From: Octopus vulgaris
Taxonomy: Eukaryota
Assembly (NCBI GenBank): GCA_951406725.2
Contig: OX597822.1
Location: 103,230,001-103,294,000 of the forward strand
Length of the DNA stretch: 64,000 nt
Direction: 5' to 3'
This document shows, one piece after another, positions 12,670 to 27,065 of the stretch (positions are counted from its first letter, which is position 1; every line of letters starts with the position of its first letter). Position numbers and translations under genes: made by a program. The notes below the pieces were generated by a model. That model had not been told where the DNA came from. It searched no databases and saw only the letters and a list, made by a program, of their open reading frames with translations.

Positions 12670-13472
12670 ATTGGTTTGAAATTTTGGCGCAAGGCAGTGA
12701 TTTCAGGGGAGAGAGTAAGTTAATTACATCGACCTTATTGCTCCACAGGTACTTATTTTATCGACCGCCAAAGGATGACAGGCAAAGTCGAACTTAGTGG
12801 AATTTGAACTTAGAATATAAAGACGGACGAAATCCCGCTAAGAATTTCGCCTGGCGTGTTAACGATTCTTATTTCTTTATTGCACACAAGGGTCTAAACA
12901 TAGAGGGGACAAACAAGGACAGACAAAAGGGTTAAGTCGATTACATCGACCCCAGTGCGTAATTGGTACTTAATTTATCGACCCCGAAAGAATGAAAGGC
13001 AAAGTCGACCTCGGTGGAATTTGAACTCAGAACGTAATGGCAGACGAAATAGCTATTTCTATTTCTTTACTACCCACAAGGGGCTAAACATAGAGTGGAC
13101 AAACAAGGACAGACAAAGGGATTAGGTCGATTACATCGACCCCTGTGCGTAACTGGTACTTAATTTATCGACCCCGAAAAGATGAAAGGCAAAGTCGACC
13201 TCGGTGGAATTTGAACTCACAACGTAGCGGCAGACGAAATACCTATTTCTTTATTACCCACAAGGGGCTAAACATAGAGGGGACAAACAAGGACAGACAT
13301 AGGTATTAAGTCGATTATATCGACCCCAGTGCGTAACTGGTACTTAATTTATCGACCCCGAAAGAATGAAAGGCAAAGTCGACCTCGGCGGAATTTGAAC
13401 TCACAACGTAGCGGCAGACGAAATACCACAAAGCATTTCGCTCGACGTGCTAACGTTCCTGCCAGCTCGCCG
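12670..13472 (-). mobile_element. Tandem SINE B multimer (three units) next to an older variant
   Basis: Three units of about 180 bp joined at AAAGAAATAG...TATTTCGTCTG. Confidence 0.9.
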
Positions 13473-13831
13473 CACTTCCGATTGGTTATATTGAATCAAC
13501 TCTCGTAAACAGAATTAAGTTATATAATTCGATAACAACTCATAGAAAAAAAAAAAAACAAGAATTAGGCATTAATTATTTACACATTCAGACATAAATA
13601 ATACAATAATCAAGATCAAAGTCACATTCCACGGAAATCGGATCTTCGTGGAGAATTTAGAAAGCAAAGCCGCCAAATAAACAATTCAAAAGTAAATATG
13701 TACTTCGTTTTTATATTTGGTTTGCAAGATTCTTTATGTGAATTCGAGTGTTGAAACAAATTTTAGGGAGAATCATTATGCCAATATTATTAACACACGC
13801 ACTGGTTGGATCTTTACCCTTTGAACGGCAG

Positions 13832-13960
13832 ATCATCGACCCCGAAAGGATGAAAGGCAAAGTCGACCTCAGCGGAATTCGAACTCAGAACGTAACGGCA
13901 GACGAAATGCTGTTAAGCATATCGCCCAGCGTGCTAACAATTCTACCAGCACGCCGCCTT
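13832..13960 (-). mobile_element. SINE B 5' fragment
   Basis: Identity to other copies. Confidence 0.8.
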
Positions 13961-14289
13961 GCCCGTGTTATTAATATTGGCGTAATGACTCTCTCTAGAC
14001 ACAACTAAATATGTAAATAAGCAGAAAAGTGATTACGAACGGACAGGAAATTACATCTTCCACTTTTTTTACGATAACGATCTGTAATATAACAGAAACT
14101 GCTTTAATAATGTTGAAAAATTTAGCTCGTTAAGAAACCATCTGTTCGAGACGAAAGCAGTATTTGTACTGAGAAATTACGTTTATAGCCACCTATACGT
14201 GGGTGTTCTGTAAGAACAAACGATACTGCTATTTTAACAGAAATGTTTTATTAATAGAAATTATTTATCCTTGAGTTATACCAATTGGA

Positions 14290-14745
14290 TTTCGAATCCC
14301 ACAGAGGTCAACTTTGCTTTTCATTCTTTCGGTTTTGATGAAATAAAATACCACCGAAACGTTAGCACGCAGAAACGTTAGCACGCCGGGAGAAATGCTT
14401 AGCAGTATTTCGTCTGCCGCTACGTTCTGAGTTCAAATTCCGCCGAGGTCGACTTTGCCTTTCATCCTTTCGGTGTCGATAAATAAAGTACCAGTTACTC
14501 ACTGGGGTCTATGTAATCGACTTAATCCGTTTGTTTGTCCTTGTTTGTCCCCTCTACGTCTGTCCCCTTGTGGATAGTAAAGAAATAGGTATTTTGCCCG
14601 TCGCTACGTTCTGAGTTCAAATTCCACCGAGGTCGACTTTGCCTTTCATCCTTTCGGGGTCGATGAAATAAGTACCAGTTGAACGCTGGGGTCGATCTAA
14701 TCGACTCATCCCTTCCCCCAAAATTGCTGCACTTGTAGCAAAATT
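14290..14745 (+). mobile_element. SINE B cluster (nested/tandem)
   Basis: Duplicated GAAACGTTAGCACGC head and two bodies. Confidence 0.85.
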
Positions 14746-14752
14746 ATTATTA

Positions 14753-14991
14753 ATAGTCAACGAGTTAACCATTTGACCAATAAAGTCCTTCATTTGCTAC
14801 TGAGGCTCTATGTTAGACAGATAAGTATGTTAGACAGATAAGGAGCTCTGTGTTAGACAGATAAAGAGTAGAGAGGGAGAAAATGACGCTGATGAGCTCT
14901 TGAATGGAGGCAAAATGACTCTGAGGAAGATTGGTGATTGATTGGCCGAACAACTAATCAAACAATTGATTAAATGGTTAACTAGTTGACT
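14753..14991. mobile_element. Small MITE-like element
   Basis: Inverted termini TAGTCAACGAGTTAACCATTT / AAATGGTTAACTAGTTGACTA; internal TGTTAGACAGATAA three times. Confidence 0.5.
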
Positions 14992-15091
14992 AATTATGGC
15001 TTCAAATTTTCTTTTGATTCGAGGCTACTAAATCCAGAGGTCGAGAGTAAGTTGATTACAGCAACTCCAGTGCTTAACTGGTATTTAGTTT

Positions 15092-15325
15092 TAAGGCGGT
15101 GAGCTGGCAGAAACGTTAGCACGCCGGGCGAAATGCTTAGCGGTATTTCGTCTGCCGTTACGTTCTGGGTTCAAATTCCGCCGAGGTTGACTTTGCCTTT
15201 CATCCTTTCGGGGTCGATTAAATAAGTACCAGTTACGCACTGGGGTCGATATAATCGACTTAATCCCTTCGTCTGTCCTTGTTTGTCCTCTCTGTGTTTA
15301 GCCCCTTGTGGGTAGTAAAGAAATA
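15092..15325 (+). mobile_element. SINE B with 12-bp TSD
   Basis: GGTATTTAGTTT at 15080-15091 and 15326-15337. Confidence 0.92.
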
Positions 15326-15688
15326 GGTATTTAGTTTGTCCATCGTGAAAGAATGAAAAGAAAAGTCAACCTCGGTGGAATTTGAACTCAAAACACAAAG
15401 AGCCAGAACAAACACTGCTAAGCATTTTATGCAGCATGCAAACAATTCTAGCTTGCCACTTGACTAGTTCACTAACAAACCTTTCTACTATAGGCACAAT
15501 TCTGTGGGACGGGGCAAGTGGAGTACTTTGACCTCGGTATTCAACTGTTACTTATTTTATTGACCCTGAGAGGATGAAAGGCAAAATCGAGGTGGGCGGG
15601 TAATAACTAGTTCACTAATAGTAAAAATGAAAGACGCGAAATATTTATGGGTAAAATCACCCTCACAAATATATATATATATATATAT

Positions 15689-15910
15689 ACTCTTTTACTC
15701 TTTTACTTGTTTCAGTCAGTTGACTGCGGCCATGCTGGAGCACCGTCTTTAATCGAGCAACTCGACCCCGGGACTTATTCTTTTGTAAGCCCAGTACTTA
15801 TTCTATCGATCTCTTTTGCCGTACCGCTAAGTAACGGGGACATAAGCACACCAGCATCGGTTGTCAAGCAATGCTAGGGGGACAAACACAGACACACAGA
15901 CACACACATG

Positions 15911-15962
<52 letters not shown>

Positions 15963-16134
15963 CATATATACGACGGGCTTCTTTCAGTTTCCGTCTACCA
16001 AATCCACTCACAAGGCTTTGGTCGGCCCGAAGCTATAGTAGAAGACACTTGCCCAAAGTGCCACGCAGTGGGACTGAACCCGGAACCATGTGGTTGGTAA
16101 ACAAGCTACTTACCACACATCCACTCCTGCGCCT
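15689..16134 (-). mobile_element. SINE A
   Basis: Full length. Confidence 0.92.
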
Positions 16135-16146
16135 ATAGCCACTCCT

Positions 16147-16577
16147 AGGGCAAAAGAAAAAAATTCTAATGCTAAATATGCCGAAAATAGACAAATTGTC
16201 AATAACCATTATGATTTATCACTATTAACATGTGTCTCGATACAAGCCGATAGAAATTTCTAAAAATTCCGTTATTACCGTATTGGTCCCAATTTCAGAG
16301 TTAATTCATAAGAATTTTCTCCTCCTCAGCGATAAATACGTAAGACATAAATGAAATACTCATGGAAAAGAATGGGTAAGTATTTCATTTATGTCTTACG
16401 TATTTATCGCTGAGGAGGAGAAAATTCTTATGAATTAACTCTGAAATTGGGACCAATACGGTAATAACGGATTTTTTAAGAAATTTCTATCGGCTTGTTT
16501 CGAGTTGCATAAATTATAATGGTTATTGACAATGTCTATTTCCGGCATATTTGGGATTAGAATTTTTCTTTCGCCCT
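16147..16577. repeat. Long foldback (arms about 200-215 bp, 18-bp spacer) carrying a hammerhead motif in each arm; PLE-type
   Basis: 16147-16360 is the reverse complement of 16379-16577. Confidence 0.9.
16399..16469 (+). ncRNA. Type I hammerhead ribozyme motif (mirror copy on the minus strand about 16270-16340)
   Basis: TATCG-CTGAGGA-GGAG..CTCT-GAAA-TTGG-GA-CCAA-T-A-CGGTA: intact core and stems I-III. Confidence 0.75.
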
Positions 16578-16610
16578 TATTTTATAAGTTATATATATAT
16601 ATATATATAT

Positions 16611-17439
16611 GGATCTTTTCACTTTGACCGGCAGATTTTTAAAATAATTTCCACGTAACTAAACACTTTTAAACTTCGTAGCTTGTAAGCTATTTGTTGC
16701 TTAAGTTCTTGCGTTTCGGCAATTTCAACCAATCAATGATGTCTATTGAGGTGAATACAATATCTCCGGATCTTTGTCAATAACAATTATTTGCGGTGGC
16801 CATAAACTGAGGAGTCACTCGTAAACAGAGCTTGATAACAAAACCGTTCCCTCTTTAGTGTCCACCTTTAATTATGACCCTAGTATCGATCTATTGCATT
16901 TCAATCTGTTTTAGGGTTATGGCTAGAGTTAGAGTTAGGGTTAGGGTTAGGGGTGGGAGGGGGAGGGTATCTTTTTTTCTTCAGAAATGTAAATAAACCC
17001 AATCTGTTTCTTAAGCGAATATATAATATGTAATGTATCTGTGCAACAGAGAGGGAAATTAAAAACATGCATATGTTGTGAACTTAGAATATGTGTTTAT
17101 TAATAAAAGTTTAATGACGATAATATTTTATTCATACGAACGTAACTGATATGAAATATGTCATAAATAACAGTGACAAATTCATATGACACCGCAAATA
17201 ATTGTTGTTGACAAAGATCCGGAGATATTGTAATCACCTCAATAGTCGTCATTGATTGGTTGAAATTGCCGAAATGCAAAAAATTAAACAACAAATAGCT
17301 TACAAATTACTGAATTTTCTCAAGAAAGCCAAAAGAAAAAGATGTTTTATGTAACACATTCTACGAGTATTCGAAGTTTAAAAGTGTTTTGTTACAAAGA
17401 AATTATTTTAAAAATCTGCCGGTCAAAGCGAAAAGATCC
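16611..17439. mobile_element. GGATC-terminal foldback DNA element with long TIRs and internal TTAGGG-like repeats, inserted in (TA)n
   Basis: GGATCTTTTCACTTTGACCGGCAG...CTGCCGGTCAAAGCGAAAAGATCC. Inner pair GGATCTTTGTC/GACAAAGATCC. Interior is homologous to 11437-11854. Confidence 0.85.
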
Positions 17440-17775
17440 ATATATATATATGAGGCCACGGACATTTGAATTATGTAAGTAATTCTTTTGTTAAAGGCCG
17501 AAACCGAGGTATGCAATTAATTCTGTTTTTTATATAAATTTTCATCTGTCCTGCCCGCCAAATTTGGTTCTGGTGTTCGCTGAATTCTTCCTCTAGAGAA
17601 CTTTCTTTCTACTTTGATCGTTGATGATCTATTTCTAGCATACGGCCGACTCCCTAGCAGTCTTGCCCTGCCAATATACGCATATATTAGAATTTTCTCT
17701 GATTTCTCAGATTTTTTGTATGCTAGACTACTGGTTTTAAATTGATATTAAAATTAATATTAATTTATCTCCCTC

Positions 17776-18505
<730 letters not shown>

Positions 18506-18671
18506 AGGCGCAGGAGTGGCTGTGTGGTAAGTAGCTTGCTAACCAACCACATGGTTCCGGGTTCAGTCCCACTGCGTGGCATCTTGGGCAGATATCTTCT
18601 GCTATAGCCCCGGGCCGACCAATGCCTTGTGAGTGGATTTGGAAGACGGAAACTGAAAGAAGCCTGTCGTA

Positions 18672-18720
<49 letters not shown>

Positions 18721-18932
18721 TTGTGTGTCTGTGTTTGTTCCCCTAGCATTGCTTGACAACCGATGCTGGTGTGTTTACGTCCCCGTCACTTAGCGGTTCG
18801 GCAAAAAGAGACCGATAGAATAAGTACTGGGCTTACAAAAAGAATAAGTCCCGGGGTCGAGTTGCTCGACTAAAGGCGGTGCTCCAGCATGGCCGCAGTC
18901 AAATGACTGAAACAAGTAAAAGAGTTAAGAGA
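18506..18932 (+). mobile_element. SINE A in a (TA)n tract
   Basis: Full length, (TA)n on both sides. Confidence 0.93.
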
Positions 18933-18934
18933 GA

Positions 18935-19000
<66 letters not shown>

Positions 19001-19942
19001 GGCTAAAACCATTTAAAATGCATGACGTACTTGTAATTTCCATTCTTTAACTTGTCTAAGACTTCAATAATGTTTCGAGCGATTTCCAATTATTTCTGTT
19101 CAGCGACCTTTCGAACTATTTACTCGAACATATTGATATTTAGACTTTAGAATGCAACAGTGAAACTTTGCCAGAGTAACAGAAAGGCGATGCTAAATTA
19201 CCGTACAGCGTTTATAACTCGTAACAGAGAAATTATCTACGGTCTTGGCGTAAATCAAATTTATATCTTGGATTAAATTAAGTGTCACGAAGATAAACGG
19301 TTGACTGGAATTTTCTGTAGACTCATCAATACTAATCATGCTGCCAGGAGAAACAGTAAGAACGTATTTTTAATTTGATTCAATCTTATTTTATGAATGT
19401 TTATCACTGGGAATGTGTTGAAATTGTGTGCGGTTACATATGAATGCGTGCGTGTGTGTGCGCGCCGGGTTTTTGGTGTGTATGTAATTGAATAAGGCGG
19501 CAGTCCTATAGACTGAAAGCCTAGGATACTGACCGCCGAAACTGACGGAGGAACGTTTACTTTTTATTTCCTGCGAGATGCAATAAATAAACTATATTTG
19601 TATTAATAATTTACATTTGTATTAATACAAAATGTTTAATATCGAAACACAAGTGTGTTCGTGTGAAGAAATTATGATGTATTATCAAACTGTTATGGAA
19701 CCAATGGAGATTTCTCTACGCTGGGAGTCGGCAAACCCCTTAAATCGTTGACCCATTTCTTGGAATCGTTCGTAATTCGTCGAACCCCATTGTGTAAATT
19801 TCAAAAATGAGATTGACTTCAAATTTTGACACAGAACAATTAATTCCCGGGGAAGGGGAAAGTCTATTACAATTACACCGACCCCTGTGCTTAACTGTTG
19901 CTTATTTTATAGACCCGAGAGGATGACAGGCAAAGCCGACCC

Positions 19943-20520
19943 CGGCGGCGAGCTGGCAGAAACGTTAGCACGCCGGGCGAAATGCTTAGCAGTATTTCGT
20001 CTGCCGCTACGTTCTGAGCTCAAATTCCACCGAGGTCGACATTGCATTTCATCCTTTCGGGGTCGATTAAAAAAGTACCAGTTACGTACTGGGGTCGATA
20101 TAATCGACTTAATCCGTTTGTCTGTCCTTGTTTGTCCTCTCTGTGTTTAGCCCCTTGTAGGCAGTAAAAGAAATAGGTATTTCGTTTACAGCTACATTCT
20201 GAGTTCAAACTCCGCCGAGGTTGACTTTTGCCTTTCAGCCTTTCGGGGCCGATAAAATAAGTACCAGTTACGCGCTGGGGTCGATGTAATCGACTTAATC
20301 CGTTTGTCTGTCCTTATTTGTCCCCTCTGTGTTTAGCTCCTTGTGAGTAGTAAAGAAATAGGTATTTCGTCCGTCTTTACGTTCTATTTTCAAACTCCGC
20401 CGGGGTCGACTTTACCTTCCACCCCTTTTGGGGTCGATTAAATTATACCCATTTTAATCGCTGGGCTCGATGTAATCGGCTTACTCCTATCGCTGAAATT
20501 ACTGACCCTCTGCTAAAATT
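19943..20520 (+). mobile_element. Tandem SINE B multimer
   Basis: Three bodies joined at AAAGAAATAGGTATTTCGT. Confidence 0.88.
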
Positions 20521-20723
20521 TGTATTCAATATTTAACGTGGCATCTGTCTGGTGAATACTTGTCTCGATGTTTGACTGGAAATTAGTGAATAATAACCTT
20601 AAATTACTGCATTCTTCCAGATTTGGTTTGCTATCAATTCAACACCCATAATGCTCAAAATCGATTTAAGTGTTTATCGATCCCCTTGGATAGCCATATA
20701 GACACCCAGTGTTCGATATTTAT

Positions 20724-20948
20724 ATTTCTTTACTACCCACAAGGGGCTAAACATAGAGGGGACAAACAAGGACAGACGAAGGGATTAAGTCGATTATATC
20801 GACCCCAGTGCGTAACTGGTACTTATTTAATCGACCCCGAAAGGATGAAAGGCAAAGTCGACCTCGGCAGAATTTGAACTCAGAACATAACGGCAGACGA
20901 AATACGGCTACGCATTTCGCCCGGCGTGCTAACGTTTCTGCCAGTTCG
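20724..20948 (-). mobile_element. SINE B
   Basis: TSD CAGTGTTCGATATT. Confidence 0.9.
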
Positions 20949-21020
20949 CAGTGTTCGATATTGATCACTTTACACTTTACAGACTTCCTACTCTACGTTG
21001 TAATCATAAAAAAAAATACT

Positions 21021-21500
21021 CCCTTCTAAAGCCTAGCCAGGCTCATGGGCCCGGTTTCCCGGTTTCTAGTGCGTGTGTGTTCCCCAGCTGGACGGGACGT
21101 CAGTCCATCGCAGCGTTACTCATTTTTGCCAGCTGAGTGGACTGAAGCAACGTGAAATGAAGTGTTTTGCTCAAGAACACAACGCGTCGCCCGGTCCAGG
21201 AATCGAAACCACAATCTTACGATCATGATGCTGACACCCTAACCACTAAGCCACACGCATCCACTGCGCCCTTTTAAAGCCTAGACAGGCTCATGGACCC
21301 GGTTTCCCGGTTTCAATGGCGTATGTGTTCCCCAGCTGGACGGGACGCCAGTCCATCGCAGTGTTATTCATTTTTGCTAGCTGAGTGGACTGGAGCAACG
21401 TTTTGCTCAAGAATACAACGCGTCGCCCGGTCATGGAATTGAAACTGCAATCTTACGATCATGGTGCTGACACCCTAACCACTAAGCCACGCGCCTCCAC
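21021..21500 (-). mobile_element. Tandem dimer of SINE D (tRNA head, CORE-like domain, V-domain-like tail; OR2-like)
   Basis: Two units of about 240 bp containing TTGAGCAAAAC...CAGTCCACTCAGCT and GCGATGGACTG.CGTCCCGTCCAG. Confidence 0.85.
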
Positions 21501-22169
21501 CGTTGTAATCATACCTGAAAGAAATATCAGCCGAAAGTCTTTGAAATTATATACTTCCTTTCATTGATATCGTAATGACTACGAACAGAACACCTTTCAT
21601 CAGAGATGTGCTCAGACAGGGCTGATTTGGGACTAAGCAAGAGTATAATTTTATGTGAAATCTATTCTGTATCTAAAATTACAATATTTAAATTATTTTG
21701 TTATTCTGTTCGGAAAAATTCCAGCGTGGGATTTGAATTCAGAAAGCAAATTTTACTAACAAGGTATCAGTCAACGATTGAAAACTCTACTTGCCCTATA
21801 TGCCATGCAGCGAAGTCAAAATCAGGGCTTCATGATTGCGAAGTGAATTTCTTAGTCATTCGGCCGCAATGTGCCTACGTCTGCGGTTTTAATTAATAAT
21901 AAGGGCACAAATGTCTATTTATCAATTACATTGAAAGGATATCATTAAAATCTCGTTTCCTTAAAAAAAGGCTACTTTAGAGAGTATTCCTGATATTTTT
22001 ATTTAACATTTTTTGAAGGGCTTAATTAGGGGAACAAGGATGGTTCCTTTTTACAGGACATCCTAGAGGTATTTCGTTTGACCACAACAATCTAACAAGA
22101 TATTTATTAATCCAAGAATACCATCACAGCAGTAAACTAAACAGTCTTATCAGGGTCTGTTTTTAACAC

Positions 22170-22511
22170 ATATGCCACCCACACCTCAAGTCAATTTCTT
22201 CCTCTTCTGGTCATTTCTCTTTTTTCTCTTGTCATCCATCCTTTCTGCAGAAGAGCATAGGCTCGAAACGTTAAAGACTGCTTTCATTTTTCCTGGGCGT
22301 AAAACTAATACACGCCGTTTGTTGTTCTTTCATTTTGACTGTGTTGTTTTTTTTTGTATTTTTGGACCATTTGTTCATATATGCCTTTCATCATTTCGGG
22401 GTCGACTAAATAAGTACCAGTTACGCACTGGGGTCGATATAATCGACTTGATCCGTTTGTCTGTCCTTGTTCGTCCCTTCTGTGTTTAGCCCCTTGTGGG
22501 TAGTAAAGAAA
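22170..22511 (+). mobile_element. PLE-type terminal fragment with degenerate HHR (22241-22276) plus SINE B 3' half
   Basis: CTTT-CTGCAGA-A-GAGC-ATAG-GCTC-GAAA-CGTT-AAAG; related to 33720-33878. Confidence 0.6.
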
Positions 22512-22699
22512 TATGTTTGGTAACGCTGTAACACAGTGAAATATCCCCAATATGTGATGAACTGTGAATGATTGCAAACAGTAGATAAAAACTTTATAAA
22601 TTTGATAAGCCACGACCCTCAGTTAATACCACTCGTATATACACTTTGAACTTACTCGGACCCAAGAGACACTCTAATGGTGATAGAAAATTTTAGGTG

Positions 22700-23100
22700 G
22701 ATGCAGGTGTGGCTGCGTGTTAAGAAGCTTTCTTCCCAACCATATGGTCCCAGTTTCAGTTACATTGCATGGTACCCTGAGCAAATGTCTTCTCCTATAG
22801 CTTCGTGATGACCAAAAGCCTTATGAGTGGATTTGGTAGAGGGGAAAGTGGAAGAAGCCTGTCGTAGATCTGTGTGTATGTGAATTAGTAGGTGGGTGTT
22901 CGATTGTCCACACTTGACAGCCGGTGTTAGTATGTTTACATCCCCCGTATCTTAACAGTTCGGCAAAAAGAGGACTGATAGAATAAGTACCATATTTGAA
23001 AGAAAAAAGTATTGGGGTCGATTCGTTCTACCAAAATTTTTCGAGGTGGTGTCCCAGCATGGCCACAGTCTAATGTTTGAAACAAGTAAAAGATAAAAGT
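22700..23100 (+). mobile_element. Diverged SINE A
   Basis: Degenerate head and GTAAAAGATAAAAG tail. Confidence 0.8.
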
Positions 23101-23754
23101 CATGAAATACTGTTTGTTTTCCTTCTCAAGCCATGCTTGTTTTCCTTCTCAACCCGCGATCCCTCGACCGCGAGTCCGCTGCTCTAACCACTAGGCCATG
23201 TGCCTCCCATGAGATACGGGGGAACAAAGCAGGCTGTGATGAGGCGACGGACCCGTCTGTGCAGTTCTTTTTTCATTTAGTCTTTGCATTTTCTTTAAAC
23301 ATTAATTGTAAAACACAAAAATTAAATGACTTATGATAACCAAATTCTTCACCGCAATCACAGTAACGACATAAACAAGAACAATGATTAATAGACTTCG
23401 AAATATGAGTAATGAAATTAACGAAACCGAGTATGGACCATCTGTGGACGTAAATTCTAAATAATAATCTAATATATAATTTAAATGACGTTGACATAGC
23501 TTATATTTCCATACAAGAAATACCTATCGCTGCAAATGCGGTATTAGGGAACATGCGAGCTTCTTTGTACATATATATATATATGCATATCATAAATATA
23601 AAGTTTGAACGTTGTTAATTCTAGCTATCTGTTAATCTCATTGTGTACTCACGTGTATAAACAGACATTTGTAACCTCGCACGTAGACAGATAAATCAAA
23701 TAGGAATATAAGAAAGTTCAACTGGTAGTTACGTGTATACGTACATAGGTACAT

Positions 23755-24194
23755 AAATACATACATGCATGCATACATACAAACATACATACATACATAC
23801 ATACATACATACATACATACATACATAATACATGCATGCATACATACATGCATACATACATACATACATGCATGCATACATACATGCATGCATACATACA
23901 TACATACATACATACATACATACATAATACATGCATGCATACATACATGCATACATACATACATACATACATACATACATACATGCATGCATGCATACAT
24001 ACATGCATGCATGCATGCATACATACATGCATACATACATGCATGCATACATACATACATACATACATACATGCATGCATACATACATGCATGCATACAT
24101 ACATGCATGCATACATACATACATAAATACATGCATACATACATACATGCATACATACATAGATACATACATACATACATACATACATACATAC
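23755..24194. repeat. (TACA/TGCA)n microsatellite
   Basis: Seen directly. Confidence 0.97.
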
Positions 24195-24640
24195 AATGGA
24201 ACAGATGAGGTAACCGGCGACCTCAGTACCACCGCCACAGATGATGATCAAACCATTATCATCGACACCGAGAGAGTAACCAGGCCCGCACTATATGTTA
24301 CCAACAGTAAAATCGCCACACCTATAGATGACGACCAATTCAAGACCAGCGACACGGAAGAGGTATTCGGCGTCCCCAGTGACACCACCACAGACGATAA
24401 CCAAACAGTTATCCTCTACGCCGATTGGATGACCGCCCCGGACAATATGTTACCACCAGCCGCACCCACACAACGCTGGCAGCTACATGGCCAACCATAT
24501 GACCAGAAACGATGACCACGGAGATAACACTGCCGAATCATGGCGCCATATCAACAACGTGAGTAACAGTGTTACCAACAGCATTCCCAGGCCCTGAGCC
24601 GACCAGGAGTGCGAATATAGCCACATCCCAAGTTTGTAAA
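24195..24640 (+). other. GC-richer island with a Thr/Asp-rich reading frame, origin unknown
   Basis: 106 open codons (24195-24512) with degenerate internal repeats (TATDDDQT / PIDDDQFK / TTTDDNQT); flanked by TACA repeats. Confidence 0.35.
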
Positions 24641-24735
24641 TATACATACATACATACAATCCTATGGTCATGCATGACCGAAAGGGGTCTCCTCAATATA
24701 TACATACATATATATATGGAATGGATGGGTGGATG

Positions 24736-25760
<1,025 letters not shown>

Positions 25761-25782
25761 TATACATACATACATACATACA

Positions 25783-25816
<34 letters not shown>

Positions 25817-25911
25817 CATACATACATACATATATACATACATGCATATATATATATTCTAAATAACGAGAGAAATATACTATTATAAAATTCATTAACT
25901 TAACCATAGTA

Positions 25912-26535
25912 TGAGGGGTTACCCAAAAGTAAACGGAAACGTTCTCTGTGGGGCAAGCTTCTGCCAACGGAAGCCACTTGATGCGATTCTCAGGAATCAG
26001 TCTGCCGACTTTCGTCGTCGGGTGTAGTCGTACTGCCATGTGGGGCGTCACTGTTTTGTAGTGCTTCTCCCCTGTTCGTCGATTTTTGTGATGGCTGAAA
26101 CGAAGGAACAACGTGCTTCCGTGAAATTCTGTTTTCTGCTTGGGAAAACGGCAGCCGAAACAGTTGTCATGCTTCAAAATTGCTTACAAGGACGCTGTCA
26201 TGAGCAAAACACAAGTTTACGAGTTGTTTCCACACTTTAAAAGTAGTCACTTGTCGCTTGAAGATCAATCTTGTTCAGAACAATCGTTGACTTCCCGAAC
26301 GAATGAAACCATCGCTAAAATTCATGATCTGATCTTGGAGAACCGTCGTCGCACAATTGACGAACTTTATATGACTAGTGTGTCCTGGAGCTCCTGCCTA
26401 CGAATTTTGAGCGAGAAGTTGCGAATGAAAAAAGTTGAAGCAAAATTTGTGCCTCACTTGCTCACGGAAGATCAAAAGTAGTCATGACTGAATGTGTGTC
26501 GTGAATTGAAAGAACAATTGAAAGTTGATCTGGGA
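25912..26535 (+). mobile_element. Mariner transposon relic, 5' part
   Basis: TA plus TIR (T/C)GAGGGGTTACCCAAAAGT. From 26091: MAETKEQRASVKFCFLLGKTAAET../..MSKTQVYE...ENRRRTIDEL...LRMKKVEAKFVPHLLTEDQK (WVPHEL-type motif). Frameshifted and truncated. Confidence 0.9.
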
Positions 26536-26686
26536 CTTAGCTCGCTCCTGAACAGTCAAGCCATCGGTAAAATAAGAAATAAGACAATAAAAAAATTAAA
26601 AACATCCCCACTAGTGTTTTGTCATGACTTCAGTGATGCCAAGAATTCCATAAGCAATTTCTAATGCCTAGTTACTTTCTACCACC

Positions 26687-26729
<43 letters not shown>

Positions 26730-26760
26730 AAAAAGGAGATGTGGAACACGAGTTGTGATA

Positions 26761-26979
26761 TATAAAAAAGGAAATGAAGAAAATGCTGACAAAATAACTT
26801 AAGTAATTTAAGTAATTTAATTAGGTGAAAGTTCTTTTTACCGGTTGCGCATTTGTTATGCTTATCAAAGCATATAAGAGGAAAACACTTTTGATAAGCA
26901 TAACAAATGCGCAACCGGTAAAATGAACTTTCACCTAATTAAATTACTTAAATTATTTTGTCAGCATTTTCTTCATTTC

Positions 26980-26986
<7 letters not shown>
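26761..26986. repeat. Foldback (arms about 100 bp) between (TA)n tracts with a degenerate HHR
   Basis: Arms are reverse complements; TTGATAA-GCAT-AACAA-ATGC-GCAA-CCGG-TA at 26891-26920. Confidence 0.85.
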
Positions 26987-27062
<76 letters not shown>

Positions 27063-27065
27063 TGA

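Noticed and set aside
12870-13472. Regular 180-bp repeats suggesting a CRISPR-like or satellite array
   Set aside because: No unique spacers or cas genes; the units are SINE B bodies.
19487-19550. Hammerhead-like GGCGG...CCGCC-GAAA; weaker CTGATGA sites near 14890, 55530 and 60800(-)
   Set aside because: Core or stems I and III too degenerate to call; may be decayed PLE ends.
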